Positions 40,561 through 48,208 of a DNA stretch of 64,000 nucleotides are shown in pieces. The DNA comes from Candidatus Sungiibacteriota bacterium (lineage in GTDB: Bacteria > Patescibacteriota > Minisyncoccia > Sungbacterales > HO2-52-23): positions 134,151 to 198,150 of the forward strand of contig JACPBG010000004.1 of assembly GCA_016180435.1 (NCBI GenBank), read 5' to 3'. Both the position numbers and the translations under genes were made by a program. Below the pieces are notes generated by a model. That model was not told the origin of the DNA and ran no database searches. It saw nothing but the letters and a program-made list of their open reading frames with translations. The stretch's first letter is position 1; every line of letters starts with the position of its first letter.

Positions 40561-40902
40561 ATGTCAAAACTTATTAAATTATCAATAGCCGCATCGGTTC
40601 TTTTGCCGTTTATGGCTTCAGCAGCGGAGGTGGATACTATTATTACCACTGTAAAGAATACCGCCAATCTTATTATCGGGGTTTTGTTTATTTTTGCCAC
40701 CCTTGTATTTTTGTGGGGATTGGTGAAGTTTATTGCCAAAGCCGATGATCCTGGAGAGCGCGCCAAAGCCCGCGGTCTTATGATGTGGGGCATAGTCGGA
40801 CTTGCGGTTATGGCCGCGGCTTGGGGAATTACCCAGCTTTTGATTCAATATTTCGGGATAGGAAATGCTCCGCCAACCTTTGTGAAGCCCCCGTCTCCCT
40901 AG
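40561..40902 (+). CDS. TrbC/VirB2-like pilin 2
   Basis: Signal peptide ending ASAA; VFLWGLVKFI..ADD...R.KA...M.WGIVGLAVM..AWG. Confidence 0.85.
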   Translation: MSKLIKLSIAASVLLPFMASAAEVDTIITTVKNTANLIIGVLFIFATLVFLWGLVKFIAKADDPGERAKARGLMMWGIVGLAVMAAAWGITQLLIQYFGIGNAPPTFVKPPSP

Positions 40903-40993
40903 TTATTTTGTTCGCAAGACAATAGATCAATTTGTCATTTTTGGCATTTTGGGGAAGTATTATACTTCCCCAAAATGCTATCAGATCAAATTT

Positions 40994-41311
40994 ATGCGAT
41001 ATAAGCGAATTTTTGCCATTTTATTGTTGGCAGTGGCTCCGATTCTTGTTGCGGAGGCCAAAACTATCAATGACATCGTTACTTCCGTGCAAACCGGCAT
41101 AGTGAACCCGGCGATTAATTTTTTGCTTGCCGCCGCGTCCGTGGTATTTTTGTACGGCATAATCCAATATGTAATCGGGTCCCAGGGCGATCAAACCAAA
41201 TTAAATAAAGGCAAACAGATCATGTTCTGGGGAATTATCGGGATGTTCATTATGGTTTCGGCCTGGGGAATCGTGAAAATTTTATGCAATTTTTTCGAAA
41301 CATGCAGTTAA
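40994..41311 (+). CDS. TrbC/VirB2-like pilin 3
   Basis: Motif VFLYGII.Y....GD.....GKQ.M.WGIIG.FIMVSAWGIV. Confidence 0.85.
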   Translation: MRYKRIFAILLLAVAPILVAEAKTINDIVTSVQTGIVNPAINFLLAAASVVFLYGIIQYVIGSQGDQTKLNKGKQIMFWGIIGMFIMVSAWGIVKILCNFFETCS

Positions 41312-41319
41312 AATGTAAA

Positions 41320-41418
41320 CCCCGTTACTTGACCGCGAGGCACTAAACCCATTGGCAAGTACGAACATCCATTACGGTAAACCTTGCGGCAGGACCGCAG
41401 GGCATTCAAGTAACGGGG
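41320..41418. mobile_element. CCCCG-terminated MITE (subfamily A, no tRNA cargo) with 4-bp TAAA duplication
   Basis: TAAA|CCCCGTTACTTGA...TCAAGTAACGGGG|TAAA; perfect 13-bp terminal IR. Confidence 0.8.
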
Positions 41419-41479
41419 TAAATCCCATTAAAATTTAGGTCGATAATCTATGGGATTAGTTAATCGTATGCTTATCTTT

Positions 41480-41851
41480 ATGGCCCATATTTATAATAAG
41501 AATTATATCCGGAGTTTTATATTTGCCGCGATTTCGCTTTTTTTGCCGCTGGCAGCGTATGCGCAGAACGTAGATGCGATAATAGGTAGTATTCGAACAA
41601 CAGCCAATCTTATCATTGCCCTGCTTTTTATTCTGGCAACATTGGTATTTTTGTTTGGATTGGTGAAATTCATTGCGAGCGCCGATGATCCTGCGGCGCG
41701 TTCCAAGTCCCACGGTCTTATGCTGTGGGGGATTGTCGGCATGGCGGTAATGGCCGCGGCTTGGGGACTCGCGTATCTTCTGGTAACCTATGTTTTTGGA
41801 GCAGGCGGGGGCCAGACGCCCACATTTGTCTCGCCACCCGCCATTAATTAA
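41480..41851 (+). CDS. TrbC/VirB2-like pilin 4
   Basis: Close paralog of pilin 2 (TANLII..LFILATLVFL.GLVKFIA.ADDP). Confidence 0.85.
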   Translation: MAHIYNKNYIRSFIFAAISLFLPLAAYAQNVDAIIGSIRTTANLIIALLFILATLVFLFGLVKFIASADDPAARSKSHGLMLWGIVGMAVMAAAWGLAYLLVTYVFGAGGGQTPTFVSPPAIN

Positions 41852-41855
41852 CTTT

Positions 41856-42218
41856 ATGATGCGTATTTTCCTTAAGGTTTTGGGGGTTGTTTTGTTTCTG
41901 CCTTATTTTGCATACGCCCAGACCTTTAGCCAAATTTTTAGTCGCATGGTAAACACCGCCAACCTGATTGTTGGCGCGCTTTTTATAATATCCACGGTGG
42001 TATTTTTTTGGGGAATCGTGAAATTCATAGCATCCTCGGATAATCCCCAGGAGCGCCAAAAAGCCAAAGCCATTTTGTGGTGGGGAATTATCGGAATGGC
42101 AGTCATGGCATCGGCCTGGGGACTGGCCTTTATTTTGAAAGAATATTTTCAGATCGGAAACCAACAGCCGCAATTTCTCTCTCCGCCGGCCTTAACACCC
42201 ATACCTCTGCCCGGTTAG
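41856..42218 (+). CDS. TrbC/VirB2-like pilin 5
   Basis: Paralog with TANLIV, WGIVKFIA and WGIIGMAVMASAWG. Confidence 0.85.
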   Translation: MMRIFLKVLGVVLFLPYFAYAQTFSQIFSRMVNTANLIVGALFIISTVVFFWGIVKFIASSDNPQERQKAKAILWWGIIGMAVMASAWGLAFILKEYFQIGNQQPQFLSPPALTPIPLPG

Positions 42219-42406
42219 CGGTCTTATAGAGGCTAAACCTCGGCAGTTGCTATTGAGGTTTAGCCTCGGAAAGTAAAATAGGATCTTTATTCCAGGCTAA
42301 GCCTTGACGGAGGAAGGCTTAGCCTGCAGATTCATTTTTTTTCAATTTTAAAACCACGGGTAGAGAATCAAAGATTCTTCGGTCCCGTGGTTTTTTAACT
42401 GCCGCG

Positions 42407-42853
42407 CTACGGCCAAAAGTATCCGCGGCGGCTGCGGTTGCGAATCCCTTCAAGGTAGTAGTGGCGGCCTGGACTGTAGCCGCTCCTATATCCGTTTTCG
42501 CAGGATTCCCGAAGGGGCAGTGATGAGTAAGATCTGCAGTAGCTCCTGTGGTCATCCCGGAACCCGTTGATTCCTCGTTGATACCCATGCTCGCGCGCAT
42601 TGTGATACACGGTACCCATGTAGTCACTCTCGCGCCGCCGTCTTCCCTCATCGCATACCGTTCGCTCCTCGCTTCCCAACGGGAAGTTGGAACAGTTTAA
42701 GATGCGATATGGATAGCCAGAACCGTATCCGTAGTTCGGGTAGCCGCCACTGTCTACTCCGAAGTCAAAAGTTCCGCGGATACACCCAGAAGTCAAACTA
42801 AGCAGTAGGGCCGCCCCCACTCTAAACAAAATAGCTCGCCAATCAACATTCAT
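42407..42853 (-). CDS. Gly/Tyr-rich lipoprotein
   Basis: Lipobox TSGC; AGGAGG RBS; repeated HGY/NGY..GY segments. Confidence 0.7.
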   Translation of the reverse strand: MNVDWRAILFRVGAALLLSLTSGCIRGTFDFGVDSGGYPNYGYGSGYPYRILNCSNFPLGSEERTVCDEGRRRRESDYMGTVYHNAREHGYQRGINGFRDDHRSYCRSYSSLPLRESCENGYRSGYSPGRHYYLEGIRNRSRRGYFWP

Positions 42854-43005
42854 TTCACCATCCTCCTTTTTGTGTAAGATCTATACTATATCCCAATTAT
42901 ACCATATTCCCATAAAAAATCAACCTTAGTTGCACCAAACCGGGTTTGGGGTCAAGACCTTTAATTTTTCATACATTTCTGTTATTCTTGCAAATATAGT
43001 GATGG

Positions 43006-43165
43006 GGACTATTGCCGAATGTGCTTTCGTAGCGAAAATGATGAATTTAGAGACAAAATCGCTGAACAAACTTGGCGGCCTATCTGAAAGATAAGCCAAG
43101 AAGTTTTGAAGCGATTTTGGCCGAAATTCATCATTTGCAGCAGAAATGGCATTCGGCAATAGTCC
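43006..43165. mobile_element. MITE-like rod-shaped element, family R1 copy 2
   Basis: Terminal IR GGACTATTGCCGAATG / CATTCGGCAATAGTCC; internal loops match 13313-13474. Confidence 0.7.
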
Positions 43166-43210
43166 ATATATAATAGGGCAGGTGGTGAAATGGCATACAC
43201 GCAGGGTTTA

Positions 43211-43411
43211 CCCCGTCACTAAAATTTGCACAATTTAAGTAGATTCTCCGCATAACTAAGAAATATAAGTATTGGTGCGGGGATGGCGGAATGGCAGACG
43301 CGCTGGGTTTAGGACCCAGTGGGGAAACCCATGAGAGTTCAAATCTCTCTCCCCGCATTGGAATCGCAAAATTATATAGTGCGCTTCATACGGTGCAAAT
43401 TTAGTGCGGGG
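43211..43411. mobile_element. CCCCG-terminated element (subfamily B) carrying an intact tRNA-Leu(TAG); TTTA duplication
   Basis: TTTA|CCCCGTCACTAAAATTTGCAC...GTGCAAATTTAGTGCGGGG|TTTA, located in the anticodon loop. Confidence 0.85.
43277..43357 (+). tRNA. tRNA-Leu(TAG)
   Basis: Acceptor GCGGGGA/TCCCCGC; anticodon arm CTGGG TTTAGGA CCCAG; long variable arm; T arm GAGAG TTCAAAT CTCTC. Confidence 0.93.
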
Positions 43412-43699
43412 TTTAGGACCCTGTGCCGCAAGGGCTGAAGCCAATTGCTTGGCTTCAGCGGGCAAAATGGTTGATAATCATTTTGCGGGATCACTTCCAT
43501 TAACTCGTTTATATACGAACGCATAGATAAAAGTGATCCCTGGGCTTTTGCGATAAGCAAAAGATTTAGCGAACCGGTGAAACCGTGTGAGCGTTAAAAA
43601 TTTCCCAGGGTTTCACTGACGAAAGCGAAACGAGAGTTCAAATCCCTCCCTGCCCAGAGCAAAAGTCGCCGATGTAGCTCAGCTTGCCCTCCCACCCTT

Positions 43700-43775
43700 G
43701 CCAACGTAGCTCAGTCGGCAGAGCAACTCCATGGTAAGGAGTAGGTCGTCGGTTCGATTCCGACCGTTGGCTCCA
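43700..43775 (+). tRNA. tRNA-Thr(GGT)
   Basis: Acceptor GCCAACG/CGTTGGC; anticodon arm ACTCC ATGGTAA GGAGT; T arm GTCGG TTCGATT CCGAC; encoded CCA. Confidence 0.95.
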
Positions 43776-43878
43776 GTAGCAACTAAGATTTTTAGAATTT
43801 AGATTTTAGAACTTAGAACTTTAGACGAATTTTTTTCTCTAAGTTCTTAGTTCTATGTTCTAAGTTCTTATATGGGGC

Positions 43879-44040
43879 ATGCCTCAACCTAATTTAATTC
43901 GTATGCAGTGTACCTCCTGCAAGCGTTACAATTACTGGACGCGGAAAAACATCCGTAAAGTCGAGCGCAAACTGCAGTATAAAAAATATTGCAAGTGGTG
44001 CAGAAAACATACGGCTCATAAAGAGGCTAAAAAAACATAG
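43879..44040 (+). CDS. rpmG: 50S ribosomal protein L33 (Zn-binding form); not in the ORF track
   Basis: MPQPNLIRMQCTSCKRYNYWTRKNIRKVERKLQYKKYCKWCRKHTAHKEAKKT*. Confidence 0.95.
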   Translation: MPQPNLIRMQCTSCKRYNYWTRKNIRKVERKLQYKKYCKWCRKHTAHKEAKKT

Positions 44041-44195
44041 GCCTTCTTGTGGGAAATTCTAAATTCGAAATCCTAATTTCTAAACAAATTCAAATCTCAA
44101 AATTTGAAATTCAAAAACGCGTTTAGAATTTAGAACATTCGAATTTTGAGATTGTTTAGGATTTAGAGCTTAGAATTTAGGATTTTATATTTTTG

Positions 44196-44267
44196 GGGGG
44201 TGTAAGCTCAACGGTAAACTGTCGGTCTCCAAAACCGATCTTCTCCGTTCGAATCGGAGCACCCCCG
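44196..44267 (+). tRNA. tRNA-Trp(CCA)
   Basis: Acceptor GGGGGTG/CACCCCC; anticodon arm TCGGT CTCCAAA ACCGA; T arm CTCCG TTCGAAT CGGAG. Confidence 0.9.
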
Positions 44268-44274
44268 TTTTTAT

Positions 44275-45261
44275 ATGGCGGCTTTTCTATATTACGCCAA
44301 ATTCGGCGGAGCTAAATTCATACTTGGGTTTTTGGTGGCGCTGGCGTGCTATTTTTTTTGGAAATCCGCTTTACTTTTGTACGAGCGCTGGTCCGGCGAG
44401 AAAAAAAACTCTCCGGCTGATATTCTATTTCCGCTTCGCTCCCTGTTTCTGATCTGTTTTATGGTTCTTGTGCCGATTGTGGCTATGGGCTTGGTGATAG
44501 AGCAGCTTACAGTTGGCGGATTTTCGCCGCAGAATGTTTCGGACGTAAGCGATGCTTTGTTCCGTATGGATCAGGCGGTGTTTCGGAGTGCGATCCCCTT
44601 TTGGTTTCAGGAGAGCGGAAGTTTTCAAAAGCCCATGTTTGATTTTGCCGCTCCGTTGATCATCACGGCCTATTTTTATCTTTCGTTTATAATCGCCGTG
44701 TTTTTTTTGGTTTCGCTGGTTTGGGACGGAAAGATATTTTCCCGTTTTCTGGCGTCATTTTTTATCTGCATGCTTTTAAGCGCGCCGTTTTGGTATTCAT
44801 GGCCCGCGCTTTCGCCGCATGACGCATATTTTGATAATGCCCTTAAAATGCCGCGTCCGGCTGCGGTGGAGGAGGCCCTGGTTTCATATGAGCCGAATTC
44901 GGAACTCCGCTCGTTTTTTGCCAAGATCCGCATATTGCCGGAAAATGCCGAGCGCCTATTTTTGCCGATTACCACATTCCCGAGCATGCATATTGCTTGG
45001 GCAACTGTGATTTTATATTTTGGGATTTTGCTTTCGCGGCGGATTGCGTTTTTTCTTGTTCCGTATTATGCGCTGAACCTTGTCGGATCGTTTTATACGC
45101 TCCAGCATTATGTTGTTGACGGCGTAGCCGGAGCAATTGTCGGTTTCATCGCGATCGCAATCGCGTCATATTTTATAGGCGAGTCGCCTCCGTATATTGA
45201 GCGCATTCGCGCGTTGATCCTCGGAGACATACGGCGGTTTATTTTTTTGATATCCAAATGA
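44275..45261 (+). CDS. PAP2-superfamily membrane protein (Aur1/IPC-synthase-like)
   Basis: Multi-TM; motifs PA..P, TFPSMHIAW, QHYVVDG.AG. Confidence 0.8.
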   Translation: MAAFLYYAKFGGAKFILGFLVALACYFFWKSALLLYERWSGEKKNSPADILFPLRSLFLICFMVLVPIVAMGLVIEQLTVGGFSPQNVSDVSDALFRMDQAVFRSAIPFWFQESGSFQKPMFDFAAPLIITAYFYLSFIIAVFFLVSLVWDGKIFSRFLASFFICMLLSAPFWYSWPALSPHDAYFDNALKMPRPAAVEEALVSYEPNSELRSFFAKIRILPENAERLFLPITTFPSMHIAWATVILYFGILLSRRIAFFLVPYYALNLVGSFYTLQHYVVDGVAGAIVGFIAIAIASYFIGESPPYIERIRALILGDIRRFIFLISK

Positions 45262-45818
45262 TTTATATCTATTTGTTTTTAATTGTCATACTGGTTATCG
45301 GCGCAGCCATATTTTTATGGTTTTTGATCTGGACCGTGATTATTGGAGATTTGCGCGGCGCTCCGTTTGTGGCTTCCCGCAGGAATAAAATACGCCTTAT
45401 GTGCGATTTGGCGCAGATAAGGCCGGGGATGGCGGTCGCAGATTTAGGATCCGGGGACGGCTCAATTTTGCTGGAGGCGGCGCGCCGCGGCGCTAAAGCC
45501 ATCGGCCTTGAAATAAACCCGTTTTTAGTGTGGTTTTCTCGTCTACGTGCGAAACGCAGGGGATTGCATGAGAAAATAACTGTTTTGCGGCGGGATTTTT
45601 ACACGTATCCTTTGGATAAGATAGATGTTATTTTTGTGTATCTTTGGCCGGAAACAATGAAAAAATTGCGCGAGAAATTTTTGAGCGAATGCCGCCCCGG
45701 AACCCGCATAGTATCAAATGCCTTTCCCATAAAAGGCTGGAGGGCTATAATGGAGAAAGAGGGAGTGTATGTATATGAAATTAAAAACGCACAAAACCCA
45801 GACACGCATAAAACCTAA
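45258..45818 (+). CDS. Membrane-anchored class I SAM methyltransferase
   Basis: TM helix; motifs GAPFVAS, DLGSGDG, GLEINP, IVSNAF. Confidence 0.85.
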   Translation: MIYIYLFLIVILVIGAAIFLWFLIWTVIIGDLRGAPFVASRRNKIRLMCDLAQIRPGMAVADLGSGDGSILLEAARRGAKAIGLEINPFLVWFSRLRAKRRGLHEKITVLRRDFYTYPLDKIDVIFVYLWPETMKKLREKFLSECRPGTRIVSNAFPIKGWRAIMEKEGVYVYEIKNAQNPDTHKT

Positions 45819-45819
45819 T

Positions 45820-45940
45820 AAGATAAATTTCTAATTACCTAATTGTCTAATTTCTAATAAAATGCCAAATAAATAAATTAGGAATTTTGGCTTTGAAATT
45901 TTATTAGGTGAATTAGAAATTAGGTGAATTTGGGATTTTA
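45820..45940. repeat. AT-rich quasi-palindromic element, copy C
   Basis: Diverged copy of 33876-33996. Confidence 0.8.
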
Positions 45941-45945
45941 GAGTT

Positions 45946-47406
45946 ATGAATGACAACCTTTCTTCAATTATAGAAAAATATCTTCACGAAAAGGGATTGT
46001 CACGCGACATCGCCGTTACTTTTGAGGACGTTTTTATCATAGATCAAAATTCCGACATACCTTCGCGAAGTTCCATTAAAAATACCCGGTTGCGTATGGC
46101 GCGGGATTTTTTTCTAAACATTCCGGCAGTGTCGGCAAATATGGATACAGTCACGGAATCGCGGATGGCGGTGGCACTCGCGCGTCTGGGCGGAATCGGG
46201 TTTATCCACCAATTTTTGCCGATTGAACGCAGAGTGCGTGAGGTGGAAAAGGTAAAGCGCGCGGATAGCGGCATAATCGAGCATCCTTTCGTAATTCGGC
46301 CGGACGCGACTATCCGTGAGGCGCGCGATATGATGAAAAATTTGCAGGTATCGGGCCTTTTGGTTGTTGATCAGGGCATGGGAAAACTTGTTGGAATTAT
46401 CACCTCGCGCGATATTCGTTTTGAAGATGCGAATGAAAAGAAAGTTGCGGAAATCATGACCGAGATGCCGCTTGTGACTGCGCCGCCGGGGACCGGATTG
46501 GAGCAGGCGCGAGTTATTTTACGAAAAAATAAAGTGGAAAAATTGCCGTTAGTTGATGAAGAAGGGCGTGTGGCAGGACTAATTACCGCTAAAGATATTT
46601 TAAAAATAGAGCAATATCCGTTGGCGCTTCGCGATCAAAAAGGGCGTCTGGCGGTGGGTGCCACGGTCGGGGTGTCCGGGGACTTCGCGGAAGATGCCGC
46701 GGCTCTTGCCAATGCCGGGGCAGATATAATTTTGATTGATACGGCGCGGGGATTTTCCACGCGGCTTAAGGATGCGATAAGGCGTTTGAAATCGGAGCTG
46801 GGTGAAGATTTTCCGGTTGTGGCCGGAAACGTGGATACGCCGGAGGGCGCGTTAATGCTTATTGATGCGGGTGCGGATGCGGTGAAAGTCGGAATTGGTC
46901 CCGGCGCGGTTTGTAAAACCAGAGAGGGTCCGGGCGTAGGTACGCCGCAATTAACTGCTGTGGCAGAATGTGCGGCTGTGGCAAAAGAGCGTGGAATTCC
47001 GGTTATGGCGGATGGCGGTATTCGCGGGGGATCGGATTTCTGCAAGGCCCTTGCCGCGGGCGCGTCTTCGGTCATGATGGGATATATTTTTGCAGGATGT
47101 GAGGAAACCCCGGGCGAGCCGTTTTATGAAGACGGAGAAAAATGGAAAATATATCGCGGTTCGGCTTCGCTTGAATTCCAAATTTCGCGGGTGGATCGGG
47201 ATGAATCGGAAAAATTGCGCGCGCCCGAGGGCGTGCCGCGCCGCGTTAGGTACCGTGGGGAAACCAAAGGCGCGGTGGATGAGCTTATGGGCGCATTGCG
47301 CTCTTCCATGAGTTATGTAGGCGCCTGGACTCTTGAAGAATACCGAGCCAAAGCAAAATTTCGCAGGCAGACCGTATCTGGCTTTGAGGAGGGTCGGCCA
47401 ATATAG
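45946..47406 (+). CDS. IMP dehydrogenase / GMP reductase family protein with CBS pair
   Basis: Motifs SANMDTVTE, GGIGFIH, two CBS domains, KVGIGPGAVCKTR, ADGGI, YRGSAS, PEGV. Confidence 0.9.
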   Translation: MNDNLSSIIEKYLHEKGLSRDIAVTFEDVFIIDQNSDIPSRSSIKNTRLRMARDFFLNIPAVSANMDTVTESRMAVALARLGGIGFIHQFLPIERRVREVEKVKRADSGIIEHPFVIRPDATIREARDMMKNLQVSGLLVVDQGMGKLVGIITSRDIRFEDANEKKVAEIMTEMPLVTAPPGTGLEQARVILRKNKVEKLPLVDEEGRVAGLITAKDILKIEQYPLALRDQKGRLAVGATVGVSGDFAEDAAALANAGADIILIDTARGFSTRLKDAIRRLKSELGEDFPVVAGNVDTPEGALMLIDAGADAVKVGIGPGAVCKTREGPGVGTPQLTAVAECAAVAKERGIPVMADGGIRGGSDFCKALAAGASSVMMGYIFAGCEETPGEPFYEDGEKWKIYRGSASLEFQISRVDRDESEKLRAPEGVPRRVRYRGETKGAVDELMGALRSSMSYVGAWTLEEYRAKAKFRRQTVSGFEEGRPI

Positions 47407-47629
47407 CGCATGCCATGTCGGTTTTTGTTTCAAATGGTCATTGTTAACAATATGCCACGATCGTATATTGTTGTTAACAATGCTAATTTTGCATAATTTC
47501 CCTAAATTTTGAATTAAAATAACGACCCGGAAGGATCGTTTTTATGATTTGTCTCGCGTCCTTCTCTTGTGTCAAGTCCCGAAATATATTATGATCCGTA
47601 TAGTTTTTTGGTAACGCAAGGTGGGTAAA

Positions 47630-48148
47630 ATGTCCCCTAAAAGATTTTTTCTGCTACCCTTGTTTTTCTTTATTGTTTGGTTTTGGATGGCCGGATGTTC
47701 AGTAACGCCAAAACTTTATTTCGGCCAGCCACTGGCGGCTTATAACTCCAAAACCGTTGAACGACTTTTACCTGTCATCCAAAGTAATTTTCCGGGATGG
47801 CATATTGAAAATCCTAACCAGCCCAAGCATGATGAGGGCGTAAAGCGCTGGCAGGCCAAAACCGGAAACGCGATGGATTATTATTTTCAGGAAATTCTTC
47901 CCACCATGTCCGGGGGTATTTTCCTTCCTTTTCCGGATGGTGCCTGGAGCGCAGGCGCTTACGGAGAAGCAGTACGCCTTGAAGAATTGGGGATGCCTCT
48001 CTTAAAAGTTACGCCAAACGGCGCGATAGAGCAAACCACCACGGAAAAAATGCGTCTATGGGATGGCGGAGTGTTGAGTGTCCGACAAACCAGAGAGAGA
48101 AATAAAATGCCGTATGATGAATGGCTACGGATGCATCAAAATCGTTAA
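47630..48148 (+). CDS. Hypothetical protein, possible nucleoside 2-deoxyribosyltransferase-like fold, behind a lipoprotein-like leader
   Basis: Leader ending MAGC; motifs KLYFGQP..Y, IENPN, DG..SAG.Y.E, G.P. Confidence 0.5.
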   Translation: MSPKRFFLLPLFFFIVWFWMAGCSVTPKLYFGQPLAAYNSKTVERLLPVIQSNFPGWHIENPNQPKHDEGVKRWQAKTGNAMDYYFQEILPTMSGGIFLPFPDGAWSAGAYGEAVRLEELGMPLLKVTPNGAIEQTTTEKMRLWDGGVLSVRQTRERNKMPYDEWLRMHQNR

Positions 48149-48208
48149 TCTTGCGGAGATGTAATTAAAAATCGGTCAACAGACCGATTATTATTTTTCT
48201 CAAAAAAT

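Larger units (their letters stand above)
43176..43656 (+). pseudogene. Split host tRNA-Leu(TAG) with two insertions
   Basis: 5' half 43176-43210 (GGGCAGG...CAGGGTTTA). The gene resumes at 43412 (TTTAGGACCCTG TGCCGCAAGG). T arm and acceptor at 43632-43656 (GAGAGTTCAAATCCCTCCCTGCCCA). Confidence 0.85.

Noticed and set aside
42926-43560. Minus-strand ORFs of 62-77 aa
   Set aside because: They overlap the R1 element and tRNA sequences; shadow ORFs.
43612-43631. CTGACGA..GAAAC resembling a hammerhead ribozyme core
   Set aside because: No stem II between the motifs and no convincing stems I/III; it reads as a simple GTTTC/GAAAC hairpin.
44262-44270. CCCCCGTTT after tRNA-Trp as an element end
   Set aside because: It is the tRNA acceptor 3' strand; there is no partner IR or tRNA fragment.
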